Source of the DNA: Phormidesmis sp.
GTDB taxonomy: Bacteria > Cyanobacteriota > Cyanobacteriia > Leptolyngbyales > Leptolyngbyaceae
DNA length: 64,000 bases
Assembly: GCA_965248535.1 (NCBI GenBank)
Contig: CBDFJR010000002.1
Coordinates: 1,664,001-1,728,000 of the forward strand
Direction: 5' to 3'
The notes beneath the pieces were generated by a model. The model did not search any database. It was given only the letters and a program-made list of their open reading frames with translations, and was not told the DNA's origin. A program made the translations under genes and the position numbers. Of the stretch, positions 48,116-58,781 are shown piece by piece (positions within the stretch are counted from its first letter, which is position 1; each line of letters opens with the position of its first letter).

Positions 48116-49468
48116 ATGACGGAGTTTTCAGCCTGGTCTCGGCGCAGGTTTCTATTAGCGACTGGTGCAACGGCAGCAACTTCTATTCTTCTCAAAGGCT
48201 GTTTAGGAAATCCTCCTGACACGGTGACGAGTGCGCCCTCTGCGCAAGGTGCTAAACCTGTTGTGAGTGTGAAAGCGGGCGAAGAACCCGAAGTGACCAC
48301 GGCAAAATTGGGCTATCTCCCGATCGTAGAATCGGCTCCGTTGATCATCGCTAAAGAGAAGGGCTTTTTCGCGAAATATGGCATGGTCGATCTGAAGATC
48401 GACAAGCAGGCAAACTGGGGCGCTGCCAGAGATAATGTCAAAATTGGCTCGGCTGGGGGCGGCGTTGATGGTGGACAGTGGCAGATGCCCATGCCCTATC
48501 TGATTTCAGAAGGGTTGATCACCGACAATCTAAAAGTCCCCATGTATATTCTCGCGCAGCTAAACACGCAGGGAAATGGGATCGCGATCGCGAACAAACA
48601 CATGGGCAAAGGCATCGGATTAAAACTTAACGAACAAGTTGCCTTTTTTAACAACCTCAAGTCGGGCGGCACTCGATTTAAAGCGGCTTACACGTTTCCG
48701 AGATCAAATCAAGATTTCTGGATTCGCTATTGGCTGGCCGCAGGCGGAATCGACCCAGACGCAGAGGTGGAATTGCTCACGGTGCCCACTGCACAAACGG
48801 TTGCAGACATGAAGCGCGGCGCGATGGATGCTTTTAGCACCGGAGATCCGTGGCCTAATCGCATTGTGGCAGACAAGATCGGATTCGTTTCTGCCTTGAC
48901 CGCAGAAATCTGGAAGGCACACCCCGAAGAATATTTGGGAATGCGAAAGGATTGGGTTGATAAACACCCAAAAGCAACCCGAGCGATTATCAAAGGAGTC
49001 ATAGAAGCTCAACAGTGGTGTGACAACTTTGATAATCGTGCCGAGCTTGCCAAGATTCTGTCAAAGCGAGAATATTTTAACGTGCCAGAGACCGTTTTGT
49101 TAGAGCCGTTAATGGGTAAATATAATCTGGGTGAACGCACGCTCGATGATAAGTCAATGGCAGTTCTCTATTGGAAAGACAGCAAGGGCAGTGTGTCTTA
49201 CCCCTATAAGAGTCACGATCTCTGGTTCCTGACCGAAAGCGTGCGCTGGGGCTTTTTGCCCAAAGAGACGTTAGCCAACGCCCAAACGATGATTGATCAA
49301 GTCAACCGCGAAGATATTTGGAAACAGGCTGCTCAAGAAATGGGCATTGCGGCGGCAGATATTCCCACTAGCACGTCTCGCGGTGTTGAAGAATTTTTTG
49401 ATGGCATCAAGTTTGATCCGGCCAATCCTCAAGCTTATTTAGACAGTTTGAAGATCAAAAAAGCGTAG
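48116..49468 (+). CDS. cmpA: Bicarbonate ABC transporter substrate-binding lipoprotein
   Basis: [14 protein letters not shown] and [10 protein letters not shown] (CmpA-type rather than NrtA GAHIL); AAGGAG RBS. Confidence 0.85.
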   Translation: MTEFSAWSRRRFLLATGATAATSILLKGCLGNPPDTVTSAPSAQGAKPVVSVKAGEEPEVTTAKLGYLPIVESAPLIIAKEKGFFAKYGMVDLKIDKQANWGAARDNVKIGSAGGGVDGGQWQMPMPYLISEGLITDNLKVPMYILAQLNTQGNGIAIANKHMGKGIGLKLNEQVAFFNNLKSGGTRFKAAYTFPRSNQDFWIRYWLAAGGIDPDAEVELLTVPTAQTVADMKRGAMDAFSTGDPWPNRIVADKIGFVSALTAEIWKAHPEEYLGMRKDWVDKHPKATRAIIKGVIEAQQWCDNFDNRAELAKILSKREYFNVPETVLLEPLMGKYNLGERTLDDKSMAVLYWKDSKGSVSYPYKSHDLWFLTESVRWGFLPKETLANAQTMIDQVNREDIWKQAAQEMGIAAADIPTSTSRGVEEFFDGIKFDPANPQAYLDSLKIKKA

Positions 49469-49540
49469 AACTCCGGCTAAACCCTGCCCGTTGACGAACC
49501 CATTTCCTCATTCACCGAACCCGAATTTAGGAGCCATTCC

Positions 49541-50386
49541 ATGACCCTCGCTCAAAAACGCAACCCAACCGCTTCTGTCCGCAAACCCGTCAACTCAAAG
49601 CTGATGCAGCGAGTGGATGATATCGTTTCCCCACTGATTGCGCTGATTATTTTGCTGGCGATTTGGCAACTCTTGGCCTCGATTCCAGGATTGACGACTC
49701 TTCCGACTCCGGTGCGAGTTGTGCAAGAGACTTGGATGCCGCTGATTGCTTATCCTTTCTACGATCGGGGCGGCACCGACAAAGGACTTTTTTGGCAAGT
49801 CATGGCGAGTTTGCAGCGAGTGGCGATCGGCTATTCTATCGCGGCAGTGGTCGGTATTGGTTTAGGCATTCTCGTCGGCATGAATCAACGGGTTTCTAAA
49901 TCTCTCGACCCGATCTTTCAAATTTTGCGAACGGTTCCACCGTTGGCTTGGGTGCCGATCGCGCTGGCAGCGTTGCAGCAAAACCAACCTGCTGCTTTAT
50001 TTGTGATCTTCATCACTGCGATTTGGCCCATTCTGATTAACACGGCTGTTGGCGTTCGACAGATCCCCAGTGATTACAATAACGTTGCAAAAGTGTTGCA
50101 GCTTCCTAAATCAGAGTATTTCTTTAAGATTCTCTTTCCGGCTGCGTTGCCCTATATTTTTACAGGATTGCGGATCTCGATCGGGCTAGCTTGGTTGGCG
50201 ATTATCGCGGCTGAAATTGTCATGTCTGGCATCGTCGGCATTGGCTTTTTTATCTGGAATGCTTACCAAAATAGCCAAGTCAGCGAAATTATTTTGGCAC
50301 TGGTTTATATCGGGTTGGTGGGCTGGCTGCTCGACAAAATGATGGAGCGCATTCAAACGCTAATTTTGCCTAGTAGCCAACGTTAA
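49541..50386 (+). CDS. cmpB: Bicarbonate ABC transporter permease
   Basis: DKGLFWQ, AEIVMSGIVGIGFFIW. Confidence 0.83.
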   Translation: MTLAQKRNPTASVRKPVNSKLMQRVDDIVSPLIALIILLAIWQLLASIPGLTTLPTPVRVVQETWMPLIAYPFYDRGGTDKGLFWQVMASLQRVAIGYSIAAVVGIGLGILVGMNQRVSKSLDPIFQILRTVPPLAWVPIALAALQQNQPAALFVIFITAIWPILINTAVGVRQIPSDYNNVAKVLQLPKSEYFFKILFPAALPYIFTGLRISIGLAWLAIIAAEIVMSGIVGIGFFIWNAYQNSQVSEIILALVYIGLVGWLLDKMMERIQTLILPSSQR

Positions 50387-50392
50387 ATGGTT

Positions 50393-50419
50393 GTGGGGGC
50401 ACGGCATGCGTGCCCCCAC
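50393..50419. repeat. REP-like palindrome inside the cmp operon
   Basis: GTGGGGGCACG-GCATG-CGTGCCCCCAC, perfect 11-bp stem. Confidence 0.65.
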
Positions 50420-50478
50420 GTGTGCCGTGCTTCTCGTGAATTTGTCACACTCACAAATCTAATCGATATAACCTTGCC

Positions 50479-52481
50479 ATGACTCATTTTGTTGCGGTTG
50501 AAAACGTTGAAAAAGTGTTTCCCCTCACGAATGGCGATACCTACATCGCGCTTAAAGGGATTGACTTGACGATTAAAAAAGGCGAATTTGTTTCGCTCAT
50601 TGGTCACTCTGGCTGCGGCAAATCCACGTTGCTCAACATGATTGCGGGGCTAGACCTGCCCACCGATGGCGTGGTGATGCTAGAAGACGAAGAAGTGCTC
50701 AAGCCAGGGCCCGATCGTATGGTCGTGTTCCAAAACTATTCGCTGCTGCCGTGGATGAGCGTTCGGCAAAATATCGAGCTTGCCGTTAAAAACGTGTTGG
50801 GACATTTACCTGCTGCCGAACGCAGTGAGATTGTCGAACATCACATCGATATGGTAGGGCTGCGTCACGCGGCCGATAAACCCCCTGACCAGCTATCAGG
50901 TGGCATGAAACAGCGCGTCGCGATCGCTCGTGCCTTTGCCATCAAACCCAAGCTCTTGCTGCTTGACGAACCGTTTGGCGCATTGGATGCTCTGACTCGC
51001 GGCAACCTGCAAGAAAAGCTGATGGAAATCTGCGAAGAAAATCATGTCACTACGGTGATGGTGACGCACGATGTTGACGAGGCGATTTTGCTGTCCGATC
51101 GGGTGGTCATGCTCACCAACGGCCCCGAATCTAAAATCGGTCAGATCTTGGACGTTGAGATTCCGCGACCTCGCAAGCGCATGGAGGTGATTAGTCACCC
51201 CAACTACTACAGCTATCGCAGTGAGATTATTTACTTTCTCAATCAGCAAAAGCAAATCAAAAAACTGCGTGCCAGAAAGACGGCCGCTGTGGCACGTCAC
51301 GGCTTAGAGAAAATCAATCTAGAGATTGGCTTTGTGCCGCTAGTAGCGTGTGCGCCGTTAGCGATCGCCAAAGAAAAAGGATTCTTTGCTCACCACGGCT
51401 TAGACGAAGTGCATCTAGTGCGTGAATCAAGCTGGCGCGGCATTCAAGACGGCATCGCGGGTGGATATCTGGATGCGGCTCAGATGCCATCAGGGATGCC
51501 CGTTTGGATGACCGTCGGCGGTATGGAGGGCAAATCGATCCCGATCGTCAGTGCCTCACCCTTACCCGCAATGGGAATGCGATCACTTTAGATAAACGCT
51601 TTTATGATCAGGGCGTGCACACGCTGAATGATCTGAAGCGAATGCTGTTAGAAACGGCGGACAAACAGCATATCTTCGGTGTGGTGCATCCTGCGTCAAT
51701 GCATAATTTATTGCTGCGCTATTGGCTGGCAGCAGGCGGAATTGACCCCGATCGCGATCTCTCGATTACGACATTGCCCCCCGCTCAAATGGTCGCGAAC
51801 CTGAAAGCAGCCAGCATCGACGGCTATTGTGTTGGCGAACCGTGGAATATTCGGGCGGCGGTTGAGGGAATTGGCTACACGATCGCTACTGATTTAGAGA
51901 TTTGGAATGGTCATCCCGGCAAGGTTTTAGGCGTGCGAGAAGACTGGGCTAACGCCTATCCCAACACTCATGTAGCTCTGGTGAAAGCGCTATTAGAAGC
52001 CTGTCGCTATTGCACTGACGAAGCCAATCACGAAGAGATTCGCGAGATTCTGTCACGCGGCGACTATCTAAGCTGCGAGTTAGATTTCATTCAACTTGGT
52101 GACCCAAACAATCGAGTTTGCGATCTGCGTCCGTCGCCTAAAGAGTATGCTCACCACCAGTTTTATGGGCAAGGAGTCAACCGTCCGAGCCGCACCGAGC
52201 ATTTGTGGATGATGACGCAGATGGCGCGCTGGGGCGAGATTCCGTTTCCTCGCAACTGGGTCGAGATTTTAGAACGGGTCAGCAAAGTTAGTGTGTTTAG
52301 CATGGCTGCACGAGAGCTAGGGCTGTCTGATCTCACCTACAGTCGCGGCGCGATTCAACTTTTTGATGGGGTTAACTTTAGTGCCGATGACCCGATCGAC
52401 TATCTGAATAATCTCAAAATCAAACACGATATCTACATGGCAGAAGTTGCTCTTGACAAACCTCTCGCACGAACAGCTTAA
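50479..52481 (+). CDS. cmpC: ABC ATPase fused to an NrtA-like domain, with a 1-bp frameshift at ~51555
   Basis: [16 protein letters not shown]; ORFs 50479-51591 and 51504-52481 join as [14 protein letters not shown] if one C is added in GCCTC. Confidence 0.85.
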
Positions 52482-52526
52482 TTCTTTTTCTCATCTCTGC
52501 AAACGCCAATCGCAACCTAAACTCTA

Positions 52527-53369
52527 ATGATTACTGCAACACAAGATACACAAGCCTCTGATTCACAGAAGAATCAGACTCCGTTTCTGGTCGTCGATCG
52601 CGTCTCCAAAGTCTACCCAACCAAAGACGGCGACGGTTACACTGTTCTCAAAGATGTCAACCTCACCGTCAATCAGGGTGAATTTATTTGCCTGATTGGT
52701 CACTCTGGCTGCGGCAAATCAACGCTGCTGAATATGGTTAGTGGATTTTCTCACCCGACCGATGGAGAAGTGCGACTGCAAGGTAAACCGATCGTCAAAC
52801 CCGGGCCCGATCGCATGGTGGTGTTTCAAGGATATGCCCTGCTGCCTTGGCTGAGTGTGTTTGAGAATGTCTATTTGGGTGTGAATTCAGTCTATCCCCA
52901 AAAGTCTAAAGCCGAGAAAACGCGCATCGTTAAAGAGCATCTGGCGATGGTCGGTCTAGCAGACTCAATGGAGAAAAAGCCTCCCCAGATTTCCGGCGGC
53001 ATGAAACAGCGAGTCGCGATCGCTCGGGCCTTAGCCATTCGCCCCGAAGTGCTGATCTTAGACGAACCGTTTGGCGCATTGGATGCGATCACCAAAGAAG
53101 AACTGCAAGAAGAACTGCTTAAAATCTGGAATGATCATCGCTGCACGGTGCTGATGATTACTCACGATATTGACGAAGCGTTATTTCTCGCCGATCGCTT
53201 AGTGATGATGACCAACGGCCCGGCGGCTGCCATTGGCGAGGTGTTGGATATTCCGTTTCGTCGCCCTCGCGATCGGGCCCGCATCATGGAAGCCCCCGAA
53301 TACTATCAGTTGCGGAACTACGCGCTAGATTTCCTCTATAACCGTTTTGCCCACGACGACACCGAATAA
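52527..53369 (+). CDS. cmpD: Bicarbonate ABC transporter ATP-binding subunit
   Basis: [24 protein letters not shown]; fourth gene of operon. Confidence 0.85.
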   Translation: MITATQDTQASDSQKNQTPFLVVDRVSKVYPTKDGDGYTVLKDVNLTVNQGEFICLIGHSGCGKSTLLNMVSGFSHPTDGEVRLQGKPIVKPGPDRMVVFQGYALLPWLSVFENVYLGVNSVYPQKSKAEKTRIVKEHLAMVGLADSMEKKPPQISGGMKQRVAIARALAIRPEVLILDEPFGALDAITKEELQEELLKIWNDHRCTVLMITHDIDEALFLADRLVMMTNGPAAAIGEVLDIPFRRPRDRARIMEAPEYYQLRNYALDFLYNRFAHDDTE

Positions 53370-53474
53370 GTCGTCTTACGCAGTGAGTGGGTTCGTGATG
53401 GCGTTGCTAATTGGGTCAGTTAGCAACGCTTTTCTGATTGTTAAAGACAATAACTTTTATCTTATTTTGCATTC

Positions 53475-54341
53475 CTATTCTTGTTCTAGCATCTCTTTAG
53501 CTACTGATAGTTGCTGCTGGTGCTCTTCGTTTAAAACGGGATATTTTAGATCTAGAGAAGCCAGCTTACTGCAAATGATATCTGCCACTATCATGCGTGT
53601 AAACCATTTGTGATCGGCTGGGACAATATGCCAAGGTGCCCATTGGGTGCTGGTGTGATTAAAAACCTTTTCATAAGCGTTCATATAGTCATTCCAGAAA
53701 GCACGCTCTTTTGAGTCGTCGGCAGAAAATTTCCAATTCTTTTCGGGCTGGTTAATTCGTTCTAGAAAGCGTTTTTTCTGCTCTGCTTTAGAGACATTTA
53801 AGAAGAACTTCAAAATAACTACGCCATTGTTGACTAAATATTTTTCAAAGTTGTTAATCGCTTCAAAGCGACGTTTCCAAATATCTTTCTTGAGCGTTGC
53901 TTCTGGCAACTGCTGTTTGGCTAAAACTTCTGGATGCACCCGTGCAATTAACACTTCTTCATAATAAGAGCGATTAAAAATGCCAATGCGACCGCGTTCG
54001 GGCAGGGCGCGAGACGATCGCCACAAATAGTCGTGATCCAGTTCTTCGTCTGAAGGGGCTTTAAAGCTAAACACCTGGCAGCCTTGCGGATTGATGCCCG
54101 ACATCACATGCTTAATTGTGCTGTCTTTTCCGGCAGCATCCATCGCCTGAAAAATAATTAACAACGCATAGCTACTGCTGGCATAGAGCACGTCTTGATA
54201 GGCGGCTAGCCGTTTAATATCACGCTGTAATTTGCTGGCAGTGTCTTCGTCTTTTTGATAGTTGCCAAGATAGCCACTGTCATAGTCGTTGCTCAACGAA
54301 ATTTTTGACTTGGGCGGAACGATGAATGGGTCGTGGTTCAT
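53475..54341 (-). CDS. ppk2: Polyphosphate kinase 2 family protein
   Basis: QAMDAAGKD, FNRSYYE, KNWKFS, PADHKW. Confidence 0.93.
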   Translation of the reverse strand: MNHDPFIVPPKSKISLSNDYDSGYLGNYQKDEDTASKLQRDIKRLAAYQDVLYASSSYALLIIFQAMDAAGKDSTIKHVMSGINPQGCQVFSFKAPSDEELDHDYLWRSSRALPERGRIGIFNRSYYEEVLIARVHPEVLAKQQLPEATLKKDIWKRRFEAINNFEKYLVNNGVVILKFFLNVSKAEQKKRFLERINQPEKNWKFSADDSKERAFWNDYMNAYEKVFNHTSTQWAPWHIVPADHKWFTRMIVADIICSKLASLDLKYPVLNEEHQQQLSVAKEMLEQE

Positions 54342-54480
54342 ATCTCGACCAATATCCTTTATGGAATCCTACGGCCCTCGATCGTCTACGCTTATCTACT
54401 AGAGTGCAATAACCCTGAGAGAGGTTGTTTGCTTTTTACGGGGGTCGATGCGTCTTGATGCGCCTGCCAACTTTGTGCTT

Positions 54481-55269
54481 TTAAGTTAGGCGATCGGGGT
54501 CTACTCCCAGTCTTCGCAACTCAGCCGCTAGCAACTCGGCTCGCTGGTGCTCTTGGTCTGCTCGCTGGCGCTCTTGGTCGGCTCGCTGCTGTTCTTGGTC
54601 GGCTCGCTGGCGCTCTTGGTCTGCCTGTTCTGCACTCCAAAGCAGCAAATTGCCAGACGCATCCCACCAGCGCAGCCAGTTTGCGGTTTGTCGGAGACGC
54701 TCCCCCGACCAAATTCCTAAAAATAGATTTAACTCAGGAATCCACACCCGCTTCTGCTCGTTGGCTTCTTGCATGATGTAGCGCTTATCCCGCAGGCACC
54801 GCACTTCTAAACTGGGTTCGTAAGGGTCGTAGGTGACATAGGTGGGCACTTGCAAAACTTGCTCATAGAAATAAAGCTTGCCATAGGGAGGAGTCGATCG
54901 CACTGACAGCTCGCCTCCCTCTTCTTGAGAGAGAAACTCCATCGCGATCGCAACTGGGGCACCGTCTAGATTAGGCGTGTAGCTGCGTCGAATCGTGCCC
55001 TCTGCTATGGGATGCACTTGGGGCACATAAAACCAGTCTGGGGCTTTGACCACCGTTTTTTTGTTGACCGTGGCCACCAACCCAAAGTTTGAGCCAATCA
55101 GCATTTCTGGCTGAATACACTCATTTGCTCCTAGGGCATCGGTTAGGGCGGCGGCGAGGGGCGGCTGTTGAATATTTTCCACGGGGTCATCTGTTAACGC
55201 AAAATCAACGGGCAGCGCTTCCCAGGTGACGATCGGGTCTTTTTTGGCAGATGGAGTTTGCAAAACCAT
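54481..55269 (-). CDS. Uma2-family endonuclease-like protein with heptad-repeat tail
   Basis: PDW, EFLS, K..FYE, WLRWWD; 21-bp tandem repeats (QERQRAD) at ~54537-54625. Confidence 0.85.
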   Translation of the reverse strand: MVLQTPSAKKDPIVTWEALPVDFALTDDPVENIQQPPLAAALTDALGANECIQPEMLIGSNFGLVATVNKKTVVKAPDWFYVPQVHPIAEGTIRRSYTPNLDGAPVAIAMEFLSQEEGGELSVRSTPPYGKLYFYEQVLQVPTYVTYDPYEPSLEVRCLRDKRYIMQEANEQKRVWIPELNLFLGIWSGERLRQTANWLRWWDASGNLLLWSAEQADQERQRADQEQQRADQERQRADQEHQRAELLAAELRRLGVDPDRLT

Positions 55270-55296
55270 AATCTAAGATCCCTCGGCTGATCGGTC

Positions 55297-55665
55297 TTAT
55301 AGAGAGTCTCGATGAGCCGAAATCTCGTCTACCCGAATCTCAGTAAACGGCTCATCTTCGGTGAACGACCCAATCAAAACTCTAGTGCTGGTAGAAAAAT
55401 GCAGCAGCGCGGTCGAAATCGCCACAATGTGGTTGATCACTCGCTGGCTCATGGCTTGATTTGCTCCATTAATTACCAGGGTTGGAGCCGTCGAAATTGT
55501 GGTGAAATACCATTCACAGTTGGTCAGCAGTGCTTGAGTCACGCCGTCACAAGATTCATAAAAATATCGACTGAGGGCTTCTTCAAGTTGGCGACTCAAG
55601 CTGCTATCTGTTTCTTCTAGCTTCAGCGGCGGCAAATCATCAGACGGAAGTGAAGGGTGATTCAT
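55297..55665 (-). CDS. Hypothetical protein
   Basis: 122-aa ORF co-oriented with the Uma2 gene. Confidence 0.6.
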   Translation of the reverse strand: MNHPSLPSDDLPPLKLEETDSSLSRQLEEALSRYFYESCDGVTQALLTNCEWYFTTISTAPTLVINGANQAMSQRVINHIVAISTALLHFSTSTRVLIGSFTEDEPFTEIRVDEISAHRDSL

Positions 55666-56022
55666 AAGGGAAGGGTAGATACAACAGTGATCTCTATCAG
55701 GCTTAAGAGAAGGGAGCAGAGGGATCAGACTTGTCTACAGCAGGGCGAGATTGATTTCCAGAAAGTCACGAGTTTTATTGTTATCATACGCAGCAATTCT
55801 GTGATGGACAAGTCTTGGCTAACGGTCTTATGTATTCGTCGCTACGTTTTGAACCTTTAGCAAGTTATATTTCTGTTTGATAATTTTTATAATCAGTGCA
55901 GAGATTGCCTAAGAGAGCATTAAAAATGTTCGTTTGGGTCATTCTAGTGTTGTGATGTTTAAGTTTTAGTATTGACAGCAACGTTTGTTTAAGTCAGGCA
56001 ACGATTAATAAAGGAATCTTTT

Positions 56023-56823
56023 ATGTGTCAATTATTAGGAATGAATTGCAATGTTCCTACTGATATTTGCTTTTCGTTTGAAGGATTTTCGGCGCGAGGC
56101 GGCAAAACTGATGAGCATCGCGACGGCTGGGGAATTGCGTTTTTTGAAGGCTTGGGGTGCCGAACTTTTTTAGATGTCAAACCGTCGATCGTGTCTCCGA
56201 TCGCTGAGGTAGTTCGTCGCTATCCCATTCACTCGACTCACGTCATTGCCCACATCCGCAAGGCTACCCAAGGCGAAATCTCGCTCGAAAATTGCCATCC
56301 GTTTCAGCGAGAGCTTTGGGGGCGCTATTGGGTGTTTGCTCACAACGGCAATCTTCCCGACTTTGATCCCCACCCTGGTGAGGTTTATCAAGCTGTGGGT
56401 CAAACCGACAGCGAACGGGCTTTTTGCCTGATTTTGAATACGCTCCGAGAGGCGTTTCCTGATGGCAAACCCTCCCTAGAGCGATTGTATCCGGTGTTGA
56501 AAACGATCACCCACACGATCGCGGATCAAGGCGTTTTTAATTATTTACTTTCAGACGGAGATTATTTTTTTGCTCATTGCTCAACTAAGCTTTGCTACAT
56601 CGTTCGGCAGGCTCCCTTTGCGGCGGCACACTTGATCGATCAAGATGTCACCGTCGATTTTCAAGAGTTGACTCAGCCCAGCGATCGGGTCGTCGTCATT
56701 GCCACTACGCCCCTCACCGACAACGAAACCTGGTTCCCCATTCCGTCAGGAGAGTTATTCGTGTTTCTTGATGGTGCGAGGGTCGTGACTGACGATGCCA
56801 ATCTTTTAGGGATCTTGGAATAA
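56023..56823 (+). CDS. Class II glutamine amidotransferase (YafJ-like)
   Basis: MCQLLGM, HRDGWG, HIRKAT, NCHPF, HNG, TDSE. Confidence 0.92.
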   Translation: MCQLLGMNCNVPTDICFSFEGFSARGGKTDEHRDGWGIAFFEGLGCRTFLDVKPSIVSPIAEVVRRYPIHSTHVIAHIRKATQGEISLENCHPFQRELWGRYWVFAHNGNLPDFDPHPGEVYQAVGQTDSERAFCLILNTLREAFPDGKPSLERLYPVLKTITHTIADQGVFNYLLSDGDYFFAHCSTKLCYIVRQAPFAAAHLIDQDVTVDFQELTQPSDRVVVIATTPLTDNETWFPIPSGELFVFLDGARVVTDDANLLGILE

Positions 56824-57741
56824 AGCCGTGCTCAAATATCGCTCACCAAAGCTTGGTTGAATCATCACAATCAGCTTGCCTGCATTTTCAGGACGCTGGG
56901 CCACTTGAATCGCGGCAGCTAGATTGGCCCCCGTAGAAATGCCTGACAATAGACCCTCTTCTCTCGCCAATCGACGACCATAGACGATCGATTCTTCATC
57001 CGTCACTTGAATAATTTCATCCACCAGATCTAGGCGCATGATATTGGGCACAAACCCGGCCCCGATGCCCTGAATTTTGTGAGCGCCCGGCTGCCCCCCA
57101 GATAACACAGGACTGTTTTTTGGCTCGACGGCGATCGCTTTAAACTCAGGCTTGCGCGACTTGATCACCTCTGCAATGCCCGTAATGGTGCCGCCTGTGC
57201 CCACGGCCGCCACCAAAAAATCAACTTGCCCATCGGTGTCTGTCCAGATTTCTTCGGCGGTGGTTTCGCGATGGACTTTGGGGTTTGCCGGGTTTTTAAA
57301 CTGTTGCAGCATAAAAGCGTTGGGAGTGCTGGCGGCAATTTCTTCGGCACGAGCGATCGCGCCTTTCATGCCTTGGGTGCCCGGCGTTAATTCTAACTGG
57401 GCCCCGTAGCCTTTGAGCATGGCGCGGCGCTCTGTGCTCATAGTGTCTGGCATGGTCAGCAGCAGTCGATAGCCTTTGGCGGCAGCCACCATTGCGAGGG
57501 CGATCCCGGTGTTGCCAGAGGTGGGTTCGACTAAGAGCGTTTTGCCGGGGTGAATCCAACCTGTGGTTTCAGCGTGTTGAATCATGCTGATGCCAATGCG
57601 ATCTTTCACCGATGACGCGGGATTCATGCCTTCGAGTTTGACAACAATTCTGGCAACACATCCCTCGGCTTGAGGAATTCGATTTAGCTGCACGAGCGGC
57701 GTGTGCCCGATGAGTTGAGTAATATCGTGAGCAATTCTCAT
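56806..57741 (-). CDS. cysK: Cysteine synthase A
   Basis: [38 protein letters not shown]. Confidence 0.96.
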   Translation of the reverse strand: MRIAHDITQLIGHTPLVQLNRIPQAEGCVARIVVKLEGMNPASSVKDRIGISMIQHAETTGWIHPGKTLLVEPTSGNTGIALAMVAAAKGYRLLLTMPDTMSTERRAMLKGYGAQLELTPGTQGMKGAIARAEEIAASTPNAFMLQQFKNPANPKVHRETTAEEIWTDTDGQVDFLVAAVGTGGTITGIAEVIKSRKPEFKAIAVEPKNSPVLSGGQPGAHKIQGIGAGFVPNIMRLDLVDEIIQVTDEESIVYGRRLAREEGLLSGISTGANLAAAIQVAQRPENAGKLIVMIQPSFGERYLSTALFQDP

Positions 57742-58102
57742 AAAAGTATTGATGGTATGCGTGGGAGTGGATGCACGATCGAGCACACAGGGATTAGTTC
57801 AACCAATTAATATAGCGTTGGATGGTGTGCTGAGTAAATCTCACTTTTAGCAGATGCTCACGCCTATTATCTAATTTGTCGGAAATGCCCCGCTATAGCG
57901 TTACTCAGCTTGGCGGCAGGATGGAAGGCAGGGCCGCGATGAACTGACCCCTTGAACGATAGATTTTCTATCTTTCCAAATCTGGAAAGGTCGTTGCACG
58001 ATCGGGAATCGATAACTCGATAGATTCCTCTACACTAAAGTCATTCCTGATGAGGCTGTGAGGTTAAGCAGTGGCGGTTGTTGTGTTGGAGCGGTAATCA
58101 AT

Positions 58103-58774
58103 ATGAGTCAAGGCACAACCCATTTAACAAAGCAGACGTTTTTAGTTGTAGATGATCATGAGGCAATTTTGGAGGGCACAGTTCCGGCCCTTCAGCGAGC
58201 CTATCCCACCACTGAGGTGCTGACCGCGCCAGATATTCAGATGGCTCAACTTCAGATGGGGTCGCGTCTGCCTGTGCTGATTGTGTTGGACTTGAGCCTA
58301 CCCGAAAAGCCTCATGCACCCGCCAGTTCTGAAGTTGGGCTACACTTTCTCAAGACCTTGATCGAAGGACAGTCTGCGCCCAATATTTTGGTGCTGAGTA
58401 CCAACGTTCAGCCGCTTGTGCAGCTAAAGCCCATGATTAATGCCTATGAAGGAGGCTTTGCCGCGATGGATAAATCGCTTCCGATTCGAGAGATGTTGAG
58501 GTTAGTAGATTTTGCGCTGCGAGGCTCAATCTATCTACCGCCACAGCTACGATCGCGCACAGAGTTTGATCCCAAATGGTTAGAAGTGTTGACCTTAAAG
58601 TTTCAAGAAGGTTTGACCGATAAAGCGATCGCGCAACGAATGCAGGTCAGCGATCGCACAATTCGGAACTATTGGATTCGGCTGCAAGATGCTCTCGGTG
58701 TTTATGATGAATCAGGGAAAGAACTCAGAATCCAGATTGAGCTTGCCGCCAGAAAAATCGGATTGATTTATTAG
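58103..58774 (+). CDS. Response regulator with LuxR-like HTH
   Basis: VVDDHE, LDLSLP, IAQRMQVSDRTIRNY. Confidence 0.88.
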   Translation: MSQGTTHLTKQTFLVVDDHEAILEGTVPALQRAYPTTEVLTAPDIQMAQLQMGSRLPVLIVLDLSLPEKPHAPASSEVGLHFLKTLIEGQSAPNILVLSTNVQPLVQLKPMINAYEGGFAAMDKSLPIREMLRLVDFALRGSIYLPPQLRSRTEFDPKWLEVLTLKFQEGLTDKAIAQRMQVSDRTIRNYWIRLQDALGVYDESGKELRIQIELAARKIGLIY

Positions 58775-58781
58775 CAACACT

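Noticed and set aside
48116..53369. Nitrate transporter nrtABCD
   Set aside because: CmpA/CmpB-type motifs ([25 protein letters not shown]) and no nirA/narB nearby favour cmpABCD
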